Both the position numbers and the translations under genes were made by a program. Of a stretch of DNA of 64,000 bases, positions 11,622 through 21,144 are shown piece after piece; the stretch's first letter is position 1, and each line of letters starts with the position of its first letter. The notes beneath the pieces are model-generated. The model saw nothing but the letters and a program-made list of their open reading frames with translations. It was not told the DNA's origin and ran no database searches. Location of the stretch: NCBI GenBank assembly GCA_937625935.1, contig OW569381.1, forward strand, positions 372,001-436,000, given 5' to 3'. The stretch comes from Tetramitus jugosus. Taxonomy: Eukaryota > Protista > Heterolobosea.

Positions 11622-13973
11622 ATGGCAACATCAACACTTCAATACTTGTATCAACACTTGTCCGCCTATGATCATTACACATTGGACATTGTGTTTCTCA
11701 TTGCTGTCATTTCAGTGTTTCCCTACTTGTTGATTTGTTACTTCTTGAAAAGTACACCATCAACCACCAAAAAAAATGATCAGGAAAAACAAGAAACAAC
11801 AACACCCATCATTCAACAACAACAACCACAACCAGAACACACAAAAGAAGAAGAAATTTTGAGTCCTGTGATTACGATACTACCACCACCCAAAATCATC
11901 AAAAAACAATCCATTGACCTCGAGAGTCAAAACAAGAAACAAATACAAAACACCGTTTCTGAGTTGTTGTCCACTGAACAGACCTATATTCATCAACTAG
12001 AGACGTTGAACACCATGTTTATCCAACCGATTCAGAATCAAAAGTTAATCAAGAATCAAAAAGTGTTTGACACCATCTTTCCAATCGATATTCAAATTAT
12101 TACTCGAACGAATCGTATGTCAACAACCATTTGTCTATTTCGCTATTATATATATTTGTGTGTGCATGTGTGTGTGCGTGTGTGTATAACTATTCATTTA
12201 CTAAACATCCATTTGTCAATAATAATAATAATAATAATAGAACAATTCTTTCATCATTTGAAGCACATTATTCAACTGTATTCCCTGTCTGATAAATCAC
12301 TCAACTCATTCTCATCATTCTCTCGATCTCAGACATCCACACCCATCTCTCCTACTACTACCACTACTACTACTACTGAACAACAATTAAATCATACTAA
12401 TCATGATAATAGTATGGAAAATGATGAGGATGAAGGTGATGAACTGTTGAAAATGGAGGAAGAAGAAGAGGAAGAAGTGGAACAAATGAGTGAATATGCT
12501 CACAATACGACCAATAGTCAAACAGAGAGTGAAAATGATTCGGATGACAACAGTTCAACTACTTCGTCAAGTGACGATATCGAAGAAGCAGAACCTGTAA
12601 TGAACGATTTGGATGTGGAATCTACTACCTCTGCTACCTCTACTATTTCACCTATTGCCACACCTAGAGAAACAACTACTACTTCAACTTCAACAACAAC
12701 TACTACTACATCAACATCACCATCACTTGTCATCTCATCCAATCTTCATCTAGACATTGATATTAATCAGAGTCAACTGTACAATATTGGTCACTTGTTC
12801 AATCATTACAGTAAGCTATTTCGATTGTATGTCGGTTATATTAGCAAATATCAGAATTGTGTGAGAACGTTGGAGATGGAATGTGAAAAGAACAAAAAGT
12901 TGAACTCGTTCCTGAGTGCTCAAATGAATCAATTGATGCAACTCAATCAAAACACAATGATTTATGACTATTTGATTACAATGATTCAGAGAATACCACG
13001 ATATCAATTGTTGTTGCAGGATTTGATGCGACACATTGAACTGAAACAATCACAGCAGCAATCCAGTGATGAGAATAACATGGAAGAAGTGGAAGATGTG
13101 AACCAGAGTACGCGTACCATACTGAACAATGCACTCGAATCCATCAAACACACTGCAAAGTACTGCAATGAAAAGGAGAGAGAAGTTCACATGTTGTTAA
13201 AATTGTTTCAAATTGAGAAGTCGTTGCCTCAAAAGTATCTCATGAAATCATCATCGTCATCAAGCAACAACAGTGGTCACAATAGTATCAGTGAACTCAG
13301 TAGTGGTGGAAATGGCGGCGAACAAAACACAAACAGAAGAGTGCTTCTAGAGGTCTACAATCAAATGACTCATCATCATCATCATGAAGATGATGGTTAT
13401 GACAATGGTGGTGACGATGCAGCAGAGGCACTGCTCAATACTACTGTTCACTACTATTCATTGAAAAAGAAACGATTTAGACCAATGGGTGAACTGTTCC
13501 TGTGCAATGATTGTCTCTTGTTCGAGAAGGAGAAGAAACGAATCAGTAACATGAAAAAGAGGAGAAAGAGCTCCAAGAAAAAGTCACTGGTGGCAGCCGT
13601 TGTGACAACCATGTCCTCTCAAAAGAGAAAAGAAGATTATTATCATATTCAGTATTGGAAGTTGAGATCAGTGACACATTATGGCACTGTTGTCAACGTT
13701 CAACTCAATTTGAATTATCAGAACGAATCCAACGTGTTCCAATTGGTGACCACGTTTGAACAACAGTCGTCTCAACAGTCGTCGCAACATGTCTTTATGA
13801 GCCGAAGAAAGAGTGCTCATGAATCGACTGCATCAAGTACCTCGACTACCGCTGATCACAACAACAGTAGCAGTGGTGGTGGTAGTAGTGTGACGCATCA
13901 GTGTGTCATTCGATGTCCTTCAACTTACAGTTACAACCAAATTACATCGGTGATCTCTGAATTAATTAAATAA
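11622..13973 (+). CDS. RhoGEF (DH-PH) protein with N-terminal TM anchor; in-frame intron 12115-12240
   Basis: DH motifs ELLSTEQTYIHQL and YLITMIQRIPRYQLLL; PH-like LFLCNDCLL; GTATGT...TAG 126-nt intron removes an implausible VCVRVC/IIIIII stretch. Confidence 0.85.
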   Translation: MATSTLQYLYQHLSAYDHYTLDIVFLIAVISVFPYLLICYFLKSTPSTTKKNDQEKQETTTPIIQQQQPQPEHTKEEEILSPVITILPPPKIIKKQSIDLESQNKKQIQNTVSELLSTEQTYIHQLETLNTMFIQPIQNQKLIKNQKVFDTIFPIDIQIITRTNRMSTTICLFRYYIYLCVHVCVRVCITIHLLNIHLSIIIIIIIEQFFHHLKHIIQLYSLSDKSLNSFSSFSRSQTSTPISPTTTTTTTTEQQLNHTNHDNSMENDEDEGDELLKMEEEEEEEVEQMSEYAHNTTNSQTESENDSDDNSSTTSSSDDIEEAEPVMNDLDVESTTSATSTISPIATPRETTTTSTSTTTTTTSTSPSLVISSNLHLDIDINQSQLYNIGHLFNHYSKLFRLYVGYISKYQNCVRTLEMECEKNKKLNSFLSAQMNQLMQLNQNTMIYDYLITMIQRIPRYQLLLQDLMRHIELKQSQQQSSDENNMEEVEDVNQSTRTILNNALESIKHTAKYCNEKEREVHMLLKLFQIEKSLPQKYLMKSSSSSSNNSGHNSISELSSGGNGGEQNTNRRVLLEVYNQMTHHHHHEDDGYDNGGDDAAEALLNTTVHYYSLKKKRFRPMGELFLCNDCLLFEKEKKRISNMKKRRKSSKKKSLVAAVVTTMSSQKRKEDYYHIQYWKLRSVTHYGTVVNVQLNLNYQNESNVFQLVTTFEQQSSQQSSQHVFMSRRKSAHESTASSTSTTADHNNSSSGGGSSVTHQCVIRCPSTYSYNQITSVISELIK

Positions 13974-14118
13974 AGTAAATCTCAAACTCTCTCCGCAGGC
14001 TAAGATTGGCAGTTGGCAGCCATCCATCCAATTCACACAATCATGAAAGCAACTCGATCCGCTATTTTCGGGTGCCCCGAACAAACAAAAACATCAAACA
14101 AACCCAAAGACAACAAGG

Positions 14119-15091
14119 ATGACATCGTGTGCTTGCGGAGGCGTCAGTTCTCACAACAGTGAAAAAAGAGGAAGAAAAGACAAGAATCTGTCCCTCATTG
14201 ATGACATGTCTCCATTTGACACTGCCAAGAACCATTTTATCATTCAAGAAATTACTTCGTTTGAAGTACTGTGGGACATGATGGATCATGATGATGATGA
14301 CGATGAACAAGAAGAAGAGGCAGATGATGATTCAATTCTCTCATCCATGCCCGATGCACAACAACAGCAGCAATTGAACAGCAATACTACTACTACTACT
14401 ACTAAGACTACAAGTAGAAAGAGTAGATCAATGAGTGCAATGGAGGCATCGCCAGTTGATCTCGTAGCAAAGATTCTAGTACTGGGCGATACGTCTGTTG
14501 GTAAGAGTAGTCTATTGTGTCGCTATGTTCACAAGGAGTTTGATACGATACATTTTGCGACTATTGGTGTGGATTTCAAGTGTGTCAACGTTCGAATCAA
14601 TGACAAGTACATTGTTAGAGTATGTTGTTATTGTTGGTTGGTTATTTGTTCTAATCTTTATGTGAATTTACTAACAAATTGTCAAATCTCTTCTTGTATT
14701 GCTGCAGTGTCAATTTTGGGATACGGCGGGGCAAGAACGGTTTCACAGTATCACGAGCTCGTACTTTAGAGGATCGGATGCGTGTGTACTTGTGTATGAT
14801 ATCACCAATTTGGACTCATTTGAGAATGTCAAGAGATGGAACAGTCATCTCATTGAGAAGACAATGACTCAACTCCCAAGACTCCTCGTCGGCAACAAGA
14901 TTGACTTGGAATCACAGAGAAGAGTGTCAGACAAGGAAGTGCAAAGGATGGTGCATACATTGAGCGATCAGGAAATGGGCACAATTGATCATGTCCCTGT
15001 CAGTGCACTCACTGGTCAAAACATTAATGAACTGTTTGAAATGATCATCAAGAAAGCTGTTCTCTCGCTCAGGAAGAGAGAAGAACAGTAA
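14119..15091 (+). CDS. Rab-family small GTPase with a long acidic N-terminal extension; intron 14620-14707
   Basis: GDTSVGKS, TIGVDF, WDTAGQERF, YFRG, GNKID, SALTG; GTATGT..CTAAC..GCAG intron joins IVR|CQFWD. Confidence 0.9.
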
Positions 15092-15201
15092 ACACAAAAA
15101 TACATTGTATGGCGCCAAAACTTTTACAATCAGACAGGAAAAAGCTTTCATGGTGTGAGAAGAAAACAAAGAGCGACAGCATATACAACATACAAAAACA
15201 A

Positions 15202-16429
15202 ATGTATCAGCCAATGAAATCTTTGTCAGCACAAGAGTTAAACAAACTAAAGAGAAGGTATAGTGAGATCATCTCTTCTCTTGACAGTGCAGAAGAGTAT
15301 TGCTTCTCTCTCAGGCATTCTCATGAAGCGGAGAAACAACAACAACAGCCCACTGCTAATGAAGAGAACTCGGGCAATGAGAGCTCTCATTGTAAACTTG
15401 ACGAATATCAAGAGATGATATCAGAGTTGACACAAGGTGAGTATTCACATGTGAATAAACTTGTTAGTACTTGTTTTCTTTTTTATTTGCGATCACTAAT
15501 ACCAGAAGAATCAATTCATGAAACAGAATGTCAATCAAAGAAGCAGAGAATACTTCAACTAGAAGAAACTGTTCAAATTGTTCTCAAACTACAACAGGAG
15601 AATGAAGAGTTAGTCCAGGACAAGCACACATATCAGAATCAATACAATGAAACCATTCAAGTACTTGAAACAGAGATTCAAAATCAAGAGTTGAGTCATA
15701 TTCAAGTCAACCGAATATTTCACAAGCTAACGGAACATGTCAATGAAAAGGTGTTGGACATTGAGAGGCAACAACTGGAATTGTAAGTGATGGACACTAG
15801 GTTTACAAACAACAAAGTTTACTAACATCATCTTCCAATGAAACGAAAGGGATCGAGTCATGAAGAAACTCATTCATTCTAACCAGTGCACCTCGGCTCA
15901 AAATAGAGAATTAGTGAAAAGAAATGAGACGATGTCGAAAACATTGAGACAACGAGGGAAAGAAGTGGACGACATGCACATGGAGCTGGCCAACTGTGAA
16001 AGAAGGTTTCAAGATACACTCAACAAGACCAGAATACAGTATGAAGACAAGTTGATGAAGATGTCTTCTGAACTGGATCAATCCAACTCGACCTCACTCG
16101 AGCTGTGCAAGCAAAGAATGGTGCAACAAAAGATGGACTATGAGAGACAGATTCAAGAACTAAAGCAACAGTTGATGGAGCACCAACAGTCTAGCAACAG
16201 AGCAAATTCCACAAACAGTAGTGCTGTATCGTCCTCTTTGAGAAGTTCAAGGTCATCTTCTGCCGATCGCAATTCTACACAATTCATCAGCTCTTCGCTC
16301 AATTCGAGTAGAAGCAGTACTCTCACATCCACCAGAAAACTCTCTGTCCTTCCAAATGCTCCCAGTGCGTCCGGGGAAACCAGGAGCTCTCGAAGAGTCC
16401 CTCCAAAACCAGGCATAAAGAGCAAGTAA
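15202..16429 (+). CDS. Coiled-coil protein; introns 15437-15505 and 15783-15849
   Basis: Two coiled-coil ORFs joined in frame by a GTAAGT..CTAAC..AAG intron; GTGAGT..CTAAT..CAG in-frame intron; start uncertain. Confidence 0.65.
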
Positions 16430-16578
16430 GGGTCATCGGAGATTGTTTCGCGCTTCTCATTAATGCCCCGAATCGCACCAACAAGCCCGATGGAGTAACA
16501 AAACTATCCTCTTCTCTCTTCATAAAAAAACCACACACAACTCACTCAAACAAACAACAACCATCATCAAACATAAAC

Positions 16579-16803
16579 ATGCCTGCATCAAAGAAGGATA
16601 TGAAAAAAAAGCAAAAGGCTGCTGACGTCAAGGCAGGTATCGATAGAACTCAAAAGAAACCAGAAAATACCACAGCCACTTGCACTCAATGCAAACTCCA
16701 ACTTCGAACAACAAAGAAAAATGTTGAATTAAAGCAACATTGGGAGTCCAAACACACTGGAAAAACCTTTGACGAAGTCTTCCCAGGAGAGAAGTACGAA
16801 TAA
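16579..16803 (+). CDS. Small basic C2H2 zinc-binding protein (zf-met2 / At2g23090-like)
   Basis: Lys-rich N-terminus; CTQC...HWESKH followed by TFDEVF, typical of this family. Confidence 0.8.
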   Translation: MPASKKDMKKKQKAADVKAGIDRTQKKPENTTATCTQCKLQLRTTKKNVELKQHWESKHTGKTFDEVFPGEKYE

Positions 16804-17031
16804 ACAACATCATTTATCATCTATCTGTCGTTTTTCTTTTTTGTGAGGCTCGAAGTCATTTTGTTGGTTTGATTGAAGAGATACAGTAGGAAAATCATTT
16901 TTACTCATTGAATGTTCAATGTTGTCGCGAAAAAACGGCAAATCACACAGACAGAGAAAAAAAGCATTTCGTCACCACACAAACATCCGCTTCAACAACA
17001 AAAAGAGAGATTTGAAAAAAAGAAGAAAAAA

Positions 17032-17355
17032 ATGGTCAAAAAGTACACTCATACGCTCATGCACTTCAACTACATTGTTCAACCATCTGGCGGTGTCAGT
17101 CATCTGATGACAGTTTGTCCCGCACGATTCATCACCAATCAATTCGATGCCGTGAGTCTATATGATCACTTTTATTCTGACAATATTGAAGAAAAGAAGG
17201 ATTTTTTCAAATTCGCAAAGGGTGTCAAACAAGTTGAACCAGAGGTCGATGTCTCCACATGGATGAGCGATGAGACCAGAAAGGCATATTTGGAACATTT
17301 GCAGAGAATGAAGCAGAAGCAAGCGGCTGCTGCCACTTTGACTGGTTATGAATAA
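17032..17355 (+). CDS. Small protein, possibly mitoribosomal bL31m-like
   Basis: ATG after a poly-A leader; MVKKYTH...IVQPSG...HFY loosely resembles the bL31 pattern. The ORF is credible, the product call is weak. Confidence 0.45.
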   Translation: MVKKYTHTLMHFNYIVQPSGGVSHLMTVCPARFITNQFDAVSLYDHFYSDNIEEKKDFFKFAKGVKQVEPEVDVSTWMSDETRKAYLEHLQRMKQKQAAAATLTGYE

Positions 17356-17419
17356 TCATCATTGATGAACACTATCTCTCGACCCTAATATCGATATGAT
17401 CATCACATGTGATCCAAAA

Positions 17420-17812
17420 TCATTGTCTCTCTATCTTTGTCGTCGTCATCATCATTATCATCATCATCCTTCTCACACGCAAGCTTGTGTGTGCTTGTGT
17501 ATGTGACTGTGTGTTGTGGTGGTGATGATGACAATGACGCTTAAAATATGACTTGCAAACGGCCAAACAGTGTGAGTACAAATTATCCATATAAGACCTT
17601 ATTGTTGATAGATTATTGACTATCGAAGATCGAAAATCCCGACACGTCAATACCAAATTCAACACATCTTCTACACCAAGGAACGAACCAACTAGATACA
17701 CAAATAAATCAATATGTATATCGGTTATTCTTACTTTTCTTTTGACTCCAAACTTTACCAATTGTTGGTGTTGGTTATGTCTTCTTTTGGCGCCTTTTCC
17801 TTGTTTTCCCAT
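17420..17812 (-). pseudogene. Truncated F-box-like ORF
   Basis: NLS-like N-terminus, then ITDIHIDLFVYLVGSFLGVEDVLNLVLTCRDF (F-box-like); the frame runs into low-complexity, intron-like sequence and no substrate-binding domain follows. Confidence 0.4.
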
Positions 17813-17954
17813 TTGTTCATTGATTTTTTTCATCAAAAAAAACTTGCAAAAAACAGAAAACAAACACTCTGAAGGACATCGTGAATGCGAGTGACCTGAT
17901 GATGAGTGTGAGTTTTCTGACGTTTGTCAAATTCTGTCCTATTGATACCATTAG

Positions 17955-18602
17955 AGAGGTGTTGAATTGTCCGATAACTTGAGTATTCAGATCTCATTGA
18001 TGACACTTGCTCTTCAAACATATCCTGATAACACTGACTATGTCAACAAGATTATTAATAACATTGCTAGTCAATTGAATAGCACTGCACTTGCTTCAGA
18101 TGAAATTGTAGACATGTCGAAGCGATTGTTGTTGGTGCCACTCGAGTCATACAACAATGTGCTAACAGTTTTGAAGTTGGAGAAGTATGGTGATATTATT
18201 CATTCTCTTGGATATGAACAGAGAAAGTTTATTGCACTGAGCATTGTGAGATGCGCACTTGACAATGGACACAAGATTTCAACATTTGAACAAGTGAACA
18301 AACTGTTTGATTTGATTCGTCCACTGTTGAAGGATGAGGAAGACCAAACAACATTCTCACCTTCTGACGACTCACCAATAGCTGCAACATTGCTCGAAGA
18401 TTTCGAAGAAGAACAGAACTTGATTGCCAGATTGGTTCATTTGTTTGATAATAGCGATACTGATCAATTGTTTAAAGTTTTGGCCGCAGCCAGAAAGCAC
18501 TTTGGTCAGGGTGGTGCCAAGAGAATTCAATACACATTGGTACCGCTTGTATTCTCCTACTTGAAACTTGCTCAGAGAATCTACAATGCACACTGCAAAT
18601 AG
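17955..18602 (+). pseudogene. VPS35: Isolated internal fragment of retromer subunit VPS35
   Basis: LSIQISLMTLALQTYPDNTDYVNKI...DFEEEQNLIARLVHL...ARKHFGQGGAKRIQYTLVPLVF is the middle of VPS35; no ATG, and no N- or C-terminal VPS35 exons anywhere in the window. Confidence 0.85.
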
Positions 18603-18919
18603 ACACCTCTTGTCGACTCTCCATCTTTTTTGATTGATTTGGTTGTTGTTGTTGTTGTTGATGTTCGTTGTGCGACTTGTGTTTTTCGTTGTTGTTGTTG
18701 TCGTGTCAGAGAGAAAGTTTTTCGTTGTCTTTCGTTTGGTTCAAGATTGGATAGATAGGTGGATATATTATAAAAAAATACAATAAATGTTGTATCAGTT
18801 TCCTCTAAGCTGCGGAATTGGTGCAGTTGTAAAAATTTCCGTTGAGACTGTCTTTACAACGACAACGGCCATCTACCTCGGTTTAAAAAGCGCTGTCTTT
18901 TTCGCTGTTTGATTCAACT

Positions 18920-18951
18920 CACACAACAAATACAACACACAACAAATACAA
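18920..18951 (+). repeat. Perfect 16-bp tandem duplication CACACAACAAATACAA in the Fanzor 5' leader
   Basis: 18920-18935 is identical to 18936-18951. Confidence 0.85.
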
Positions 18952-18958
18952 TAACATT

Positions 18959-20872
18959 ATGCCACGAGGCGTGCCTAAGGACGGCAAGAGAAAGAGAAAG
19001 AGAGAGACTGTCAAAAAGAATGAATACTCATCACATTACGTGGTCAAGGTCGGTCTGAAGTCTCTGTTGTTGCATCATCCAACTCTGTTACCAATCATAC
19101 AGACTCAAGCTCTGGAGATTACAAGGATTGCTCTTCGACTCACAAGATTTATAAACATATTCGTTTTGAGGCACTTGGAGTCTGACTATCAAATCCCTTT
19201 ATTAGATCAAGTGTTTCTTCAAAGATTAGGTTCTGTGTTGTTTGGACGCAATTCAAAACCAAGAGACAATAACTTAAGTCTCATCAACGAGTCTGTCAAC
19301 ATGGACGATGTAGTAGTCAAACTCAGAAAGATTTATCAGAGTTTTGCCACGTCCATCAATTATGTTGCCAGGTCTCTCAATGTCAACATCTCCAACATGC
19401 TCAAGTTCACATTGGAACCAAGACTGAGGAAGTATCTGAGGGTCAGAATGAATCAACTACACAGTGACTCATCTATTCCAAAGTCAGAACAAAGAAGGGT
19501 TGTTGAATACATTATCAGAAGGTTGACATTTAGCACTCCTGTCCACGATTTTATCAAATTGCCTCCAAAAGAGTTGATAGAGACGATTCCTGTGTTGATC
19601 CGAGAGGTTCGAACACTTGTTGATGCTAAAACTGATGAAGTAATTGATGAATCATTTGTGAAGAACAACACCAATAACATGCTGAAGTTTTACTGGCATG
19701 TTCAACAATTTCTGATCAACAATGATATGAAATCGTTTGCACTACTTCCTTTGTCTCATTTCAAGTGCAGGTGTATGGAGATTGGCACAAAGGAATTAGT
19801 TGATATGCTTAAACAGAAGAAACAAGGAAGACAAAAGAAGGGCGAGGAGTCAACTGAATTGAAGTGTAATCTCAAGTGTTTGAATGTTGGAACAAAGAAG
19901 ATTCAAATCGACTCTATCAGAACTGACGGTATTCAAGCCTCTGTTGTTCTCAGACATCAACTCGTTGGCAATCACAAGAACAATAAGGCAAAGGAATCCA
20001 AGGGCCAGAAAGAAGCAAAGAAGAGAAAGAAAGAAAAAAGTATGAACGAAGGTGCTGAATATTTGGTTGGGATTGACCCGGGTATTGTTACGTTGGTGAG
20101 TTGTGCAGATTCAGATGGCAAGAAGTGGGAGTTGTCTAACAAAACATATAGACATCTGTCCCACCATTCAAAAAACTCCAAGCGATTGTTGAAATACAAA
20201 GCAGAATGGAACGAAATGAATGAGAAGAACTTGGATGAACTCCAAAACTCAATCAAACAGGCCGGTGTACCAACAAGTGGTCTGTTCCTTGAACACATCA
20301 ATTCTGTATTGAAAGTCGAGGACGATTTGTTGAATTTTTATTGCACCCCAAAGGTGAAGAGACTGAATTGGGATAGCTATATAATGAGAGATAAGACGAT
20401 TGCCAATGTTATGAATGACTTTCGAAAGAGAGCAAATGGAAGAAGCATGTTAATTGGGATGGGCAATGCTGGTTTTGGTCATTGTTACAAAGGACATGCT
20501 CCAACACCAAAAGGAAAGCTATTGAAAAAGTTGAATGAGCACTTCAAAGTGAAAATGATCGACGAGTTCATGACAAGTCAGAAATGTCATCATTGCCATT
20601 CTCACATGAAGCCAGTCAAGCATAAGAGAATAGACAAGAATGGAACGTTGAATGTCTCTGTCGTCCGAGGAGTTAAACAGTGTGCAACCACTAAATGTTT
20701 AGTGACTCACAACAGAGACATCAATGCGGCCAAGAACATGCTCCATCTACTGAGAACAGAAATGGATGGACAGTCACGTCCCGATGCCTTCAAGAGGAAG
20801 AAAAAGGTCGCAAAAGAATTAATCAAAATGGTGGAACACCTCCAAGGCTCACTCCATCAAGCTGCTATGTAA
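18959..20872 (+). CDS. Fanzor1-type RNA-guided endonuclease (eukaryotic TnpB homologue)
   Basis: 637 aa, intronless. N-terminal NLS KRKRKR; FALLP; SIRTDGIQASV; RuvC-I VGIDPG (D373); canonical RuvC-II Glu position replaced (LIGMGN..F) with the relocated Glu in MIDEFMTS (E536); CHHC...CATTKC zinc finger; RuvC-III NRDINAAKNM (D587). Confidence 0.93.
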   Translation: MPRGVPKDGKRKRKRETVKKNEYSSHYVVKVGLKSLLLHHPTLLPIIQTQALEITRIALRLTRFINIFVLRHLESDYQIPLLDQVFLQRLGSVLFGRNSKPRDNNLSLINESVNMDDVVVKLRKIYQSFATSINYVARSLNVNISNMLKFTLEPRLRKYLRVRMNQLHSDSSIPKSEQRRVVEYIIRRLTFSTPVHDFIKLPPKELIETIPVLIREVRTLVDAKTDEVIDESFVKNNTNNMLKFYWHVQQFLINNDMKSFALLPLSHFKCRCMEIGTKELVDMLKQKKQGRQKKGEESTELKCNLKCLNVGTKKIQIDSIRTDGIQASVVLRHQLVGNHKNNKAKESKGQKEAKKRKKEKSMNEGAEYLVGIDPGIVTLVSCADSDGKKWELSNKTYRHLSHHSKNSKRLLKYKAEWNEMNEKNLDELQNSIKQAGVPTSGLFLEHINSVLKVEDDLLNFYCTPKVKRLNWDSYIMRDKTIANVMNDFRKRANGRSMLIGMGNAGFGHCYKGHAPTPKGKLLKKLNEHFKVKMIDEFMTSQKCHHCHSHMKPVKHKRIDKNGTLNVSVVRGVKQCATTKCLVTHNRDINAAKNMLHLLRTEMDGQSRPDAFKRKKKVAKELIKMVEHLQGSLHQAAM

Positions 20873-20981
20873 GTCCCGATTATGTAGGAGCGTTAAGGTG
20901 TCTTCTCGGGAAATCATAATTTTTTTATTATGGGTTTTATTTCACCGAACTACATCCTTAAACACATCGCCTTACAATTAA
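20873..20981 (+). ncRNA. Predicted Fanzor omegaRNA: scaffold about 20873-20961, guide from about 20962
   Basis: Complementary pairs TCCCGA(20874-79)/TCGGGA(20906-11), ATGTAG(20882-87)/CTACAT(20950-55), CATAAT(20915-20)/ATTATG(20927-32), and loop TTAAGG(20893-98)/CCTTAA(20956-61); position directly after the nuclease stop codon. Confidence 0.6.
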
Positions 20982-21144
20982 ATCAAATCTACCAAATCTA
21001 CTTTTTCATGACATGCAACAATGAATTGCATGCATGTTCAATATAATCTATTGACAATACAAAAACATTTGAAAAACAATTGCTTTATTTATCGTTTTAT
21101 TTGTTGTTGTTATTGTTCGAATACATTTAGCTGTGTGTGTTCAA

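Larger units (their letters stand above)
18805..20961 (+). mobile_element. Putative non-autonomous Fanzor-carrying element; left boundary tentative
   Basis: Right end inferred from the omegaRNA terminus; left region 18778-18902 rich in palindromes, with weak similarity to the inverted right end; no transposase present. Confidence 0.35.

Noticed and set aside
15778-15795. Partial match (AATTGTAAGTGATG) to the reverse complement of the predicted guide
   Set aside because: Short, mismatched in the seed-proximal part, and explained by a GTAAGT splice donor
17955-18602. Functional VPS35 gene split by introns
   Set aside because: No other VPS35 exons in the window; flanks belong to unrelated sequences
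18959-20872. Bacterial IS200/IS605 or IS607 TnpB, or Cas12 contamination
   Set aside because: No TnpA or serine recombinase, no array; eukaryotic NLS and leader, Fanzor1-type rearranged catalytic Glu, and intron-containing neighbours
18600-21000. Clean terminal inverted repeats and target-site duplication for the Fanzor element
   Set aside because: No perfect TIR pair found by eye; only weak gapped similarity, reported as tentative
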